Made by a program: the position numbers and the translations under genes. Below are positions 33,372 through 42,637 of a stretch of DNA of 64,000 nt, piece after piece. The DNA comes from Candidatus Bathyarchaeia archaeon. Lineage in GTDB: Archaea; Thermoproteota; Bathyarchaeia; Bathyarchaeales; Bathycorpusculaceae. The notes beneath the pieces were generated by a model. It was not told where the DNA came from. It ran no database searches and saw nothing but the letters and a program-made list of their open reading frames with translations. Numbering within the stretch: the stretch's first letter is position 1; every line of letters starts with the position of its first letter. Where the stretch lies: positions 223,264 through 287,263 of the forward strand of contig JAVZRN010000002.1 of the NCBI GenBank assembly GCA_038880555.1. The letters are read 5' to 3'.

Positions 33372-34683
33372 AGCCCTAACGCCGCCCATCCCCGCCGACC
33401 CAGTAGAGTTTTGCACTCAAATATTGGGCTTCCAGCCAACCCAGTACCAAACAGACCTAATCCGCAAGTTCCAAACCAGCCAATTCACAGCCGCCAGATG
33501 GTGCCGCCAAAGCGGAAAAACCCAAACAGTATCCGCCTTATTGCTACACTACGCACTAACAAACCCAAACACACGCATAGGCATAGTTGGACCAAGCTGG
33601 CGCCAAACAAAACACGTTATTAGACGGATAAACACGCTCCTAAAAAGGCTCCCAAAAGGCTTATACGAAAAACCCCAGCAGACGGCGGTACGCCTAAAAA
33701 ACGGAAGCATAATAGAGGCTTATCCGAACAATCCAGAAACAATCCGCGGACCAACATTGCATATCGTCTACGCAGACGAATTCAATTTTATACCAAACGA
33801 CAAAGACTTGTATGACGCCATACTATTCACGCTTAGCGCAACAAACGGAAAATTCATATGCACCAGCACACCATGGCACACAGACAGCATTTTCTGGCGG
33901 ATCTGGCACGACCCAGCCTACAACGACTACACCAAAAGCCACGTAACCCACCAACAAGCCACAGAACCCAACGGACCACTAAAACGCGAAATCCTACAAA
34001 AAATTAGGAGGCAACTGGAAAACGACCAGTGGCGATGGCAACGCGAAATGATGGCAGAATGGGCAGAAGACCAAAACACATGGCTAACCCAATCATTAAT
34101 AGTAGCCTGCATAGACCCAACCCTAGAATACACAGCCTACAACAAACCCGCCCAAGGACGATTCTACGCAGGACTAGACCTAGGCAAACACCAAGACCCC
34201 AGCGTATTGGCGGTACTAAACCAAGAACAAGACAACACCCTAAGGCTAGTGCACATGCACAGATTCCCACTAAAAACGCCATACGCCACAGTAATAGGCT
34301 ATACAAAAACCCTATGCGAAAAATGGCAAACAGTCCAAAAACTCCTAGTGGACATGACAGGAGTAGGCGAATACATAGTAGAAGACATGAAAAACACAGG
34401 CATGAACACCCAAATAGAAGGCGTAAAATTCACCCAAGAAACAAAAGAGCAACTTGCCAACAACCTAAAACAACTCATGACTGAAAAGCGCCTAAAAATC
34501 CCCTACGACCCAGAACTAATAGCAGAACTAAACACAGAACGCTACCAACTAACAAAAGAAGGCAAAATACGCCTAACCCGCCCAGAAGGCACCCACGACG
34601 ACCGCTTCTGGAGCCTAGCACTCGCGGCATACGCAGCAAAAACCCAACCGCCAACACCAGCCCTATGGATAGTGCCAAAATGA
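33319..34683 (+). CDS. Terminase large subunit (ATPase + RNase-H-like nuclease)
   Basis: Walker A CRQSGKTQ and Walker B LHIVYADEF. The nuclease acidic residues are in GLDLGKHQDPSVLAV, VDMTGVGEYIVED and THDDRFWSLALA. Confidence 0.8.
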   Translation: MKPRQKQKLRQLEQALAEALTPPIPADPVEFCTQILGFQPTQYQTDLIRKFQTSQFTAARWCRQSGKTQTVSALLLHYALTNPNTRIGIVGPSWRQTKHVIRRINTLLKRLPKGLYEKPQQTAVRLKNGSIIEAYPNNPETIRGPTLHIVYADEFNFIPNDKDLYDAILFTLSATNGKFICTSTPWHTDSIFWRIWHDPAYNDYTKSHVTHQQATEPNGPLKREILQKIRRQLENDQWRWQREMMAEWAEDQNTWLTQSLIVACIDPTLEYTAYNKPAQGRFYAGLDLGKHQDPSVLAVLNQEQDNTLRLVHMHRFPLKTPYATVIGYTKTLCEKWQTVQKLLVDMTGVGEYIVEDMKNTGMNTQIEGVKFTQETKEQLANNLKQLMTEKRLKIPYDPELIAELNTERYQLTKEGKIRLTRPEGTHDDRFWSLALAAYAAKTQPPTPALWIVPK

Positions 34684-36185
34684 AACGCCAAAGCGAAACC
34701 TTCCAAATCAAAAGCATAAAACGCCGCTACGACCACGCAACAGGCAAATTCATAATAAACATAGCCTACAAAACAGCCCCACCAAAACCAACAAAAAGAG
34801 TTTTAGGCGTAGCAGAAGCCTTTGGGCTCGGCTTAGACCAAACAACAAAATTCACAATATACGAAAACGCAGAAATAAAAATCGGCGTTGGCGACATCGT
34901 CTACATAACAGGCGAAAGCGGCTCAGGAAAAAGCATCCTCCTAAAAGCCCTAGAAAAAGACATCCGAAAATACACGCCCCACACATGCATAAACATTAAG
35001 CAAATAAAACCCCCGCCCAACAAGCCAATAATAGAAACGGTGGGCAAAACCTTCCAACAAGCCCTAGAACTCCTAAGCCTAGTAGGCTTAAACGATGCCT
35101 TCCTTTTCCTCCGCACCTATCGGCAACTCAGCGAAGGACAAAAATACCGATACAAAATCGCCAAACTAATAGAAAGCCAAGCCCAATTCTGGATACTAGA
35201 CGAATTCGCAGCAACCCTAGACCGTGACACAGCAAAAATAGTGGCATACAACCTCCAAAAAACCGCAAGACGCATGGGCAAAACAGTCATAGCCGCCACA
35301 ACTCACACAGACCTCCACGAAGACCTAAACCCCTCAATCCACATCCATAAACGCTACGGAAAAGAAATAACAGTCAAATATCACCCAAACACGCCAACCA
35401 AAGAATGCAGCCTAACACGAGAAATACGCATAGAACAAGGTACAAAAGCCGACTACAAAGCGTTAAGCCAATTCCACTATCGTTCAAGCCATCTGCCGCC
35501 GCCGAGAAAAACCTTCACCATGAAACGCGGAGAAGAAACATGCGGAGTAATCGTCTACAGCTACCCACCACCAACAATGTTCGGAAGAAGCCAAATCTGG
35601 AAAGGTAACCACCAACAACTCCAAAAAGAAATTAGCACAATAACCCGAGTAATAATCCAACCAAAATACCGCGCAATAGGCCTAGGAACAAAACTCGTAA
35701 AAGAAACACTTCCATTAGCCGGAACACCCTACGTGGAAACATTAGCCGTCATGGCAAAATACAACCCCTTCTTCGAAAAGGCCGGAATGCGAAAGATAGC
35801 CGAAAGCAAGCCCAGCCCCCACCTGCAAAAAGCCATGGAAAAGTTGGAAGCCCTAGGATTCAAGCCATACATGCTCCAAAGCCAAAAATACAACATAGAA
35901 AAGCTAAACGAGGTCGGCAAAACCGAAGTTATAAAAATACTAACCGAACTTTCAGAGAAAGGCGCCATCCCCAGAAAAAGAATCATATCCACAAGCGAAG
36001 CCTACCCAAGCCACAAAGAATTCAAAGAAAAAATAGAAAAGCTAAACAGTGAAGGGCTAGCAAAAGCGCTGAAAAAGCTAAGCTTCCTAACACAGACAAA
36101 AGTTTACCTTTTCTGGGCTAAAGACTGGCTTAACGCCGGGAAGCAGCCCAATCTTGGCGTAAAACCTTCTCCACATAAAACTTAG
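34680..36185 (+). CDS. ABC-type ATPase fused to a GNAT acetyltransferase-like domain
   Basis: Walker A GESGSGKS, signature LSEGQKYR, Walker B FWILDEF, H-loop ATTHTD, then a GNAT motif-A-like segment VIIQPKYRAIGLGTKLV. ATGA overlap with the terminase stop. Confidence 0.75.
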   Translation: MKRQSETFQIKSIKRRYDHATGKFIINIAYKTAPPKPTKRVLGVAEAFGLGLDQTTKFTIYENAEIKIGVGDIVYITGESGSGKSILLKALEKDIRKYTPHTCINIKQIKPPPNKPIIETVGKTFQQALELLSLVGLNDAFLFLRTYRQLSEGQKYRYKIAKLIESQAQFWILDEFAATLDRDTAKIVAYNLQKTARRMGKTVIAATTHTDLHEDLNPSIHIHKRYGKEITVKYHPNTPTKECSLTREIRIEQGTKADYKALSQFHYRSSHLPPPRKTFTMKRGEETCGVIVYSYPPPTMFGRSQIWKGNHQQLQKEISTITRVIIQPKYRAIGLGTKLVKETLPLAGTPYVETLAVMAKYNPFFEKAGMRKIAESKPSPHLQKAMEKLEALGFKPYMLQSQKYNIEKLNEVGKTEVIKILTELSEKGAIPRKRIISTSEAYPSHKEFKEKIEKLNSEGLAKALKKLSFLTQTKVYLFWAKDWLNAGKQPNLGVKPSPHKT

Positions 36186-37044
36186 ATATTAAATCAGCGT
36201 CAAGTCCCATGTCTTCCTCAATCTTCCGAAAAACCTCACGCCCCAAAACCTGCAAAGCCCGCAGCCGCCTCTCAAAATCCATCAGTGAAAGCTCACCAGT
36301 CCCTAGAGCCTCCCTAATCAGCCTACTATAATTTTTCGGCAGCCACTTTAGGCTGTATGAGTGGAAAAGCCTCCATTTTGGCGCCGGCCAAAACTCCTTG
36401 TTTAAAGCGAATATTAACCTAATCAATAACTCAACCCCATAGTTTAGACAGTAATGGGCACTTGTTAAATCACCCCTCTTAATCCAAACTTCAGCCACCG
36501 TGCTGGAACCCTTCCTAACAGGGCAGCAGTACCATTTTAAGTACTCAGCACAAACCACAACGCGTTTCTTCCAAAAATTTTCCGAAACTTTCAATTTCTC
36601 ATCCAAAACTTTTTTAGCTTCCCCTTCTGGGTCGAAAACTATTTTGGCTTTCAAGAACTCCCATCTATCCGCATCATCCCAACTATACGCCTTGAAATCC
36701 TCAATAAAATGAATTTCAAAGTCTATTTCAATGCGGTGGCGACGTTCTGCATCCCGCCAAATCCCGACCAGCTTCCTCTTCAAGTCTTCATCCCTATTTT
36801 TAAGAAGCACTAAGACATCTAAGTCTGAGAACTCGTCGGCAAAGCCCCTAGCCAAACCACCTAGAAAAAGGATGCCAGCCACACCTTTATGGGCTGCTAT
36901 TTGGGAGGCAAAATCAGCCGCAACCCTTCTAAAACGGGCTATGCGATTTATCCCCTTGAGTTTCACAACCATTTTCCGAAGCAACCAACTGTTAGTTTCT
37001 ATTTGAATTTTTGATTCATAAAGCCTTTTTGAAACCAGCTCCAT
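36130..37044 (-). CDS. Nucleotidyltransferase-domain protein (minimal NTase + helical C-terminal domain)
   Basis: It has the GGLARGFADEFSDLDVLVLL pattern (GG...x...DxD). It converges on and overlaps the ABC/GNAT gene by 56 nt. Confidence 0.7.
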   Translation of the reverse strand: MELVSKRLYESKIQIETNSWLLRKMVVKLKGINRIARFRRVAADFASQIAAHKGVAGILFLGGLARGFADEFSDLDVLVLLKNRDEDLKRKLVGIWRDAERRHRIEIDFEIHFIEDFKAYSWDDADRWEFLKAKIVFDPEGEAKKVLDEKLKVSENFWKKRVVVCAEYLKWYCCPVRKGSSTVAEVWIKRGDLTSAHYCLNYGVELLIRLIFALNKEFWPAPKWRLFHSYSLKWLPKNYSRLIREALGTGELSLMDFERRLRALQVLGREVFRKIEEDMGLDADLISKFYVEKVLRQDWAASRR

Positions 37045-37077
37045 TTTAGCCTTGAATGGCGACGCGGGGCATTCTAA

Positions 37078-37323
37078 TTGAAGGCGGAATCGGCAATAGT
37101 TGTAGCCGTTGCAGCCTGCATCTTCCTAACCTTCTACTTTTCATACTTGTCTCTTCAAGCCTTCAACGACGCCTTTAAAAAGCAGTTTATTTTACTTGCC
37201 TTATCATCCCTTCTAACTGGAGCAATAATGTTCGGCTGCCTCGTCATCTATCTTGGAATAAAGAAGATTTTCATAAAAGCAGAGCTAAGCGGGATCCAAA
37301 AAACACAAGAAAGCGAAGACTAA
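37078..37323 (+). CDS. Small 2-TM hypothetical protein
   Basis: TTG start and two hydrophobic helices. Weak call. Confidence 0.3.
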   Translation: MKAESAIVVAVAACIFLTFYFSYLSLQAFNDAFKKQFILLALSSLLTGAIMFGCLVIYLGIKKIFIKAELSGIQKTQESED

Positions 37324-37376
37324 CCGTTAAGCCTCTAATGCCAAATTTTTTATTCTAAAGCCTATGATTACGCTGA

Positions 37377-38762
37377 TTGGTGAAAATCGTGGCTGTGGAA
37401 GTTTTGAAGGAAAGCCTCAAAAAACATGTGGAAGGCTACGTGGAACTGCGATACCATAAAAGACAAGCCTTCAACATTTCCGTTAAAGATGGAAAAATTG
37501 ACACGCTGAACAGCGGAGCCGTTGAAGGCGCATGTGCAAGGGTTCTCATAGATGGAAGCTGGGGTTTCACCTCCTCAACAACGCTTGAGAAAGAGAAAAT
37601 TGCTAAAATGTTGAAAGATGCGTCTTCCCTCGCCAAGTCCTCAAAGCCCAAAAAGAAACGCGTCGTGAAACTTGCGAGCCTAAAACCATACGTGGACAAG
37701 TATGAAACTCCAATGAAGAAAGATCCTGGAAAAGTGGACAAAGAAGAACTTGTCAGCCTAGTCATAGACGTGGATAAAGCCGTTAGGGATTTCTCCAAAA
37801 CAATAGTTTCTGATACCGTAACCTTCAACATTGTCGACGATAACCTAACCTTCATAAGCTCAGAAGGCTCCGAAATTCATCAGCGGATAGTGCGGTGCTT
37901 TGGAAGCGTAATGGTTGTCGCCAAAGAAAAGGGAAACATTGCCTCCGCCTATGAGAGCATTGGTGAACAATCTGGATTAGAGGTTTTGGAGAAAACGCCG
38001 TTAATGAATGCTGGTTTAACAGCTGCTGAGAGGGCAAGCAAACTTGTTTCGGCAAAAGTGGCGCCCGCCGGATATCATCAAGTAATCCTTGAAAACCGCA
38101 TTGTTGGGTTATTAGCCCATGAAGCTGTTGGACACTGTGCAGAGGCAGACCTTGTTTTCGGCGGAAGCTTCCTAGCCAACAAGATAGGCGAGAAGGTTGC
38201 CTCTGAAAAGGTAACATTAGTCGATGATGGAATATTCCCAAACGGTTTTGGAACAATGAAGTATGACGATGAGGGTGTGCCAACGCAGAAAACAGTTATA
38301 ATAGAGAAAGGCGTCTGCAGAAGTTTTTTGCACTCCCGTGAAACAGCCCAACACTTTGGGGTCAACCCAACGGGAAACGCCCGTGCATGGACTTTTGAAT
38401 ACGACCCAATCATAAGGATGAGGAACACCTACATTGAAAAAGGCGATTACACATTAGAGGAGCTTGCAGAAGACATAAAAGAGGGCTTCTTCCTAAAGGG
38501 CGGACTTGCTGGGCAAGCCGACTTCAACGGAGAATTCATGTTCGGTACACAAGAAGCGGTGAGAATAAGGAATGGCGAATTCGCCGAATCTTTCCGAGGA
38601 GTTACAATAAGCGGAAACGCCTTCGAAGTCTTAAAAAACGTAGACGCCGTAGGCAAAGACTTTGCAATGCGCACCGGCTTATGTGGCAAAGAACAAGTAA
38701 ACTATGTTGGCATAGGCGGTCCGAGCCTAAGAACAAAAGTTTTGATGGGGGGAACCAAATGA
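37377..38762 (+). CDS. tldD: TldD metalloprotease
   Basis: HExxxH in LLAHEAVGHCAEAD, and a GGxxGQ...G-rich C-terminal core (FLKGGLAGQADFNGEF). Confidence 0.85.
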   Translation: MVKIVAVEVLKESLKKHVEGYVELRYHKRQAFNISVKDGKIDTLNSGAVEGACARVLIDGSWGFTSSTTLEKEKIAKMLKDASSLAKSSKPKKKRVVKLASLKPYVDKYETPMKKDPGKVDKEELVSLVIDVDKAVRDFSKTIVSDTVTFNIVDDNLTFISSEGSEIHQRIVRCFGSVMVVAKEKGNIASAYESIGEQSGLEVLEKTPLMNAGLTAAERASKLVSAKVAPAGYHQVILENRIVGLLAHEAVGHCAEADLVFGGSFLANKIGEKVASEKVTLVDDGIFPNGFGTMKYDDEGVPTQKTVIIEKGVCRSFLHSRETAQHFGVNPTGNARAWTFEYDPIIRMRNTYIEKGDYTLEELAEDIKEGFFLKGGLAGQADFNGEFMFGTQEAVRIRNGEFAESFRGVTISGNAFEVLKNVDAVGKDFAMRTGLCGKEQVNYVGIGGPSLRTKVLMGGTK

Positions 38763-40108
38763 GCCTTCTAGATTTTGCAGAATTAGCCGTTAAAACATGT
38801 CGGAAACTCGGGGCAGACGAGGCTGAAGCCTTCATTCAAAACCAGCAGATAGTGGAAGTTGTCTTGGAAAGGGCTGAAATCCAGAATGAACGCTTCAAAA
38901 CCCAAAGCGGCATAGGTATACGAGTAATAAAAGACAAGAGGCTTGGATTCGCCTTCGCATCGAAACTCTCAAAAGAAAGCATAGAGGAAACCTGCAAAAC
39001 CGCAGTAAGCTTGGCAAAGGTTTCTGTGCCAAACCCTGAATGGGTTTCACTTCCAACAAAGGAGAGGCTTCCAAAAACTCCAGAGGGCATATACGATCCA
39101 GAGATTGCCAACATAAGCGGGGAAAAAATGCTGAGCCTAGTCATTAACGCTTATGATGCAGCAAAAGGCTATGACAAACGCGTGGACATTGACGACGGAA
39201 AGTTCTCCGCAATCCTAAACGAAATAGCAGTCGCCAATTCCCACGGAGTTGAAGCTCAAGAAAAAACAACCCGTATAGAGGGATATTTAGTCTGCGTGGC
39301 GAAGGAACACGGCGAAACGTCAAGCATGGCATACGAATATGACGCCTCCACAATGCTGGGGGAATTTTCACCAGAAAAAGTTGGAAGAACAGCCGCAGAA
39401 AAGGCCCTATCCTCCCTCCATCCAAAGACAATTGAATCCTTCACCGGAAAAGTCATATTAGACTCAGATCCAGCCTCCTTCATACTGCTTTACCCAATTA
39501 TTAGCAGCGTGAACGCCGACAACGTGCAAAGGGGAAGAAGCCTATGGGCTGAAAAAATCGGCGAAAAAGTGGCGGCGCCAAAACTTACGGTTTTTGATGA
39601 CGGTTTGATGCCGAAGGGAATAGGCTCCCTAAACTTCGATTTTGAAGGTGTCCCAAGACAGAAAACGCCAATAATAACGCGTGGCAAACTTGAAAGCTTC
39701 ATACACAACTCCTACACAGCAAATAAGGAAGGAAGAAAATCAACCGGAAACGCTTATAGAGAAGGTTACACTATGCTTCCAACAGTGGCGCCTTCAAACC
39801 TCGTGGTCAAAGCCGGGAGAAAGAGGCTTGAAGAGCTCATAGCCGAAGTTGACAAGGGCATAATTGTCCGACGCTTTAGCGGCAACGTCCGACCGGACAG
39901 CGGAGAATTCTCAGGAATAGCCAAACAAGCAAGCTACATAGAAAAAGGACAAATCAAACATGCACTAGGAGAGACTATGATTTCGGGCAACGCTTTCCAA
40001 GCACTACACGACATAATCGAAATAGGATGCGAAATTCGCCCAACAGAAATACGCGCCTATACGCCGCCAATACTCGTGGGCAACATCCACATAATCTCAA
40101 AACAATAA
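38759..40108 (+). CDS. pmbA: PmbA/TldE partner of TldD
   Basis: ATGA overlap with tldD. It has the TldD/PmbA fold motifs but no HExxxH (MSLLDFAELAVKTCRKLGADEAEAF ...). Confidence 0.85.
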   Translation: MSLLDFAELAVKTCRKLGADEAEAFIQNQQIVEVVLERAEIQNERFKTQSGIGIRVIKDKRLGFAFASKLSKESIEETCKTAVSLAKVSVPNPEWVSLPTKERLPKTPEGIYDPEIANISGEKMLSLVINAYDAAKGYDKRVDIDDGKFSAILNEIAVANSHGVEAQEKTTRIEGYLVCVAKEHGETSSMAYEYDASTMLGEFSPEKVGRTAAEKALSSLHPKTIESFTGKVILDSDPASFILLYPIISSVNADNVQRGRSLWAEKIGEKVAAPKLTVFDDGLMPKGIGSLNFDFEGVPRQKTPIITRGKLESFIHNSYTANKEGRKSTGNAYREGYTMLPTVAPSNLVVKAGRKRLEELIAEVDKGIIVRRFSGNVRPDSGEFSGIAKQASYIEKGQIKHALGETMISGNAFQALHDIIEIGCEIRPTEIRAYTPPILVGNIHIISKQ

Positions 40109-40239
40109 CTCGCCTTTAGGCCATGTCCCAAATAAAATCTTCAATCTCGCCGAAGGACAGATACAGGAACTTTAAGCTTTGAAGAAACTCTTTGAAAACT
40201 TAGTTTCAGCCTCTGGGGCCGTTTCTTTGTGAAAAGACT

Positions 40240-40917
40240 CTAAAAAGACAAGAGCCAAGGCGCAAAAGCCTTCGCCAAAACAAGTATTATGAAGGAGGAA
40301 AGGGGCACAGTAACATTATCATCTATCGGATTTGACTCAAAATGCTCAATAAAAGAGGCTACGGCCCCAGCTATAACCCCAGCCCCGCCTAAAACGGCGC
40401 CTACCGGTATGGAGAAGGAAGCCATAGCCAAGTTTCCCCACCAAGACTTCGTCCTCCTCTTGTAAAGGATGTTCCGTACAATGCCAGTTATGGCATCCCC
40501 AACAGACATAAAAATAACTGGGAGCACCCCAAACCAAAAGCTTCCCTCGCCAGAAATAAGCCAGCCGAGGGTTATCACGACACCCCACATAATGCAGAAA
40601 GAAACTTCATAGGCATTCTCCTCCGTTTGGAACCAGTACATAAGCTTGCCACGCCTATGAGGCACGTAGAGGAAAACAGCCAGAAGCATAGCCATGGCAA
40701 ACGGAAAAAGTGGCGTCTTAAAAATGAAGGGCACAAGAAAAGCCACAACCCCGCCAGTTAAAATGTGAATAATCTTACGGTTATAATAAACCGCCACGTA
40801 ATGCTGCACACCCCGCCCGGTCAAAAAGCCATAAAGCCTCTTAGTCAAAAATTCAGCTACAAAGATAACCCAAACAAAAAGCATAACAGTGGCAATAGCC
40901 TCCCCAACAGATACCAT
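40240..40917 (-). CDS. Polytopic membrane protein, polyprenol (dolichol)/phytol kinase-like
   Basis: NRKIIHILTGG and SVGDAITGIVRN...K..WGNLAM resemble the CTP-dependent polyprenol kinase family. Confidence 0.45.
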   Translation of the reverse strand: MVSVGEAIATVMLFVWVIFVAEFLTKRLYGFLTGRGVQHYVAVYYNRKIIHILTGGVVAFLVPFIFKTPLFPFAMAMLLAVFLYVPHRRGKLMYWFQTEENAYEVSFCIMWGVVITLGWLISGEGSFWFGVLPVIFMSVGDAITGIVRNILYKRRTKSWWGNLAMASFSIPVGAVLGGAGVIAGAVASFIEHFESNPIDDNVTVPLSSFIILVLAKAFAPWLLSF

Positions 40918-41113
40918 ATAATAACATTTTCCTTAGGCAATATAAAAAATTGATGCTTAAAAACGTAAAAGATGGGCCGGGCCGGACTCATACCAAAACG
41001 GGTTCAAGTCTTTAGTCTTTAATTTTACAATAGTTGAGCAGGTTGCCTTATGCATTTTCCATTGATTTATCCATTGTTGTGATTTTAATGTTCTTGGGCA
41101 GAAATAGTTACTG

Positions 41114-42058
41114 GTGTTGTGTTTGGGGTGGTCAGATGATGTGAATTTAACAAGTTTTCTTTCGGTTTTGAAGACTAGCACCCGCAATGTTTATGGCCGA
41201 GGGTTAAAGCTTTTTGAACAGTTTTATGCTGACTATGGGTCTTTGAGAGTCTGGATCGAGTTGAGCGGGATAGGCTTTTGCCTAGACGCGAAAGGAGGCG
41301 CATAGCCACTGAAGTTTTGAATGGTTTTGTGGTTTGGCTTAGTGGTCGAGGCTATGCGCAAAAAACCATTAGGGTTTATGTTGGGGCTATCCAAAGCCTA
41401 GCCAAATACCATGACATACCCATTAGTTTGCGCTACGTGTGCCTTCCACCAGCCCATCCATAGGAAGCATCCATGGACTTTAGCGGAAATAGGTGAGTTC
41501 ATAGCCGCCATGGACAAGCCAATGTACAGGAGCATTGCAGCCTCCATCCTCCAAAGCGGATTAAGCCTATCCGACTTGCTAACCCTAACATACGGCGACA
41601 TCAAAGAAGAGCTTGAAGAGGAAGTTACGCCCTTATGCCTCGAGTTGACAAGGAAGAAAACTGGCGTTCAGTTCATGACATTTCTTGGGACCTGGGCTGT
41701 CAAGCTTCTTAAGGAACATTTGGCAAACCAAAAACCTGAAAACACATCACCAATCTACAACGTGACCGCCAGAACTGTGCACGCCTATTTCCGTAAGACC
41801 GCCCAGAAATACGCAGGTGCGTTTAAAGGCAGAAATCCCTACAGTCCCCACTCGTTGAGGGCGGCCTTCCGCACGTTCCTAAGCGACCATAAAGTGGATC
41901 CGCTATACATAGAATATTGGATGGGCCACAAACTACCCGAACAACTAAGCGCCTACATAAACAAGAGCAGAGAAAGCTGGAGACAAACATACCACGAACA
42001 AGCAGAACCATGGCTAACACCACCACAATACAAAACAATGTCGTTTATCTGCAACTAA
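41114..42058 (+). pseudogene. Tyrosine recombinase/integrase relic (two frameshifts; first catalytic Arg replaced)
   Basis: The N-terminal SAM-like domain is split over frames (41114..41305, 41233..41463). The catalytic domain is at 41411..42058 with HSLRAAFRT, WMGH and SAY. Box I reads GLSLSD instead of GLRxxE. Confidence 0.7.
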
Positions 42059-42314
42059 CGGAAAATTAGTAAGATGTTGGATGCACTCTTATGTATGAAG
42101 CTTTGAGAATTTCTGATAAAATTTAAATCTTGCCGTTCGTTTCCATGAGTGCAATAAAGAGCAGGTATAGCGTCCATGTTTCGCGCGTGCTACAAAGCGT
42201 ACATGTTGTCGTGGCACTTGGTTAAAGAAGGTGGTTAAAACGCAAGGGGTGAAGCATAATTATCGGGTTTAAGGAGGTAAGCATACGATTATTGAGCTGG
42301 CCGTTGCCTTTGTT

Positions 42315-42614
42315 TTGATTCTGGCTGTATCATCTATAATTTATTTGCTTGGACGTTTGTTGTCCGCTAAATCTATGCGTAGTGAAAATGGTAAATCTGC
42401 TTATGCTTGTGGTGAGAAGGTGAATTTTGATAAATTGAAAGTCAGCGTTTCTCATTATAGATATCTCATATACTTTGTGATTTTGGACTCGTCGGCGCTG
42501 TTGACGGCTTTTGCTGCATTGGCTATTCGCATGGCAAATGTTTTGTTCTTCGTAATTTACTTATTCATTGTCATTTTGTCTGGCTTGTTGCTTTTAGATG
42601 GAGGCGACCGTTAA
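42315..42614 (+). CDS. NuoA-like membrane subunit
   Basis: AYACGEKVNF...YLIYFVILDSSAL. The frame is open back to 42273 behind AAGGAGGT with only ATT/ACG codons, so the true start may be non-canonical (about 42288). Confidence 0.7.
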   Translation: MILAVSSIIYLLGRLLSAKSMRSENGKSAYACGEKVNFDKLKVSVSHYRYLIYFVILDSSALLTAFAALAIRMANVLFFVIYLFIVILSGLLLLDGGDR

Positions 42615-42637
42615 CGAGAAGAGCCAGCCTTTTAAAA

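Larger units (their letters stand above)
28586..36185. mobile_element. Accessory island: orphan RelE, VapBC, AT-rich R-M-like operon, and a compositionally distinct terminase-ABC/GNAT block
   Basis: It clusters toxin-antitoxin, methyltransferase/nuclease and terminase genes. There are abrupt composition changes at about 29.7, 32.3 and 32.7 kb. Confidence 0.5.

Noticed and set aside
33411-34736. Long alternative-frame and antisense ORFs inside the terminase region (33411..33623, 34029..34484, 34004..34306, 34475..34717, 34542..34736)
   Set aside because: Their products are low-complexity (R/P/T/H/N- or L/G/C/V-rich). They are explained by the extreme A+C richness, since few T and G mean few stop codons. 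The terminase frame carries all the recognisable motifs.
40974-41010. Possible tRNA gene (GGGCCGG acceptor-like start, CTCATA anticodon-loop-like, GGTTCAAGT T-loop-like)
   Set aside because: I could not form a D-arm, an anticodon stem complement or a T-stem on either strand, and the length is only ~37 nt. I treat it as at most a tRNA/att remnant, not a gene.
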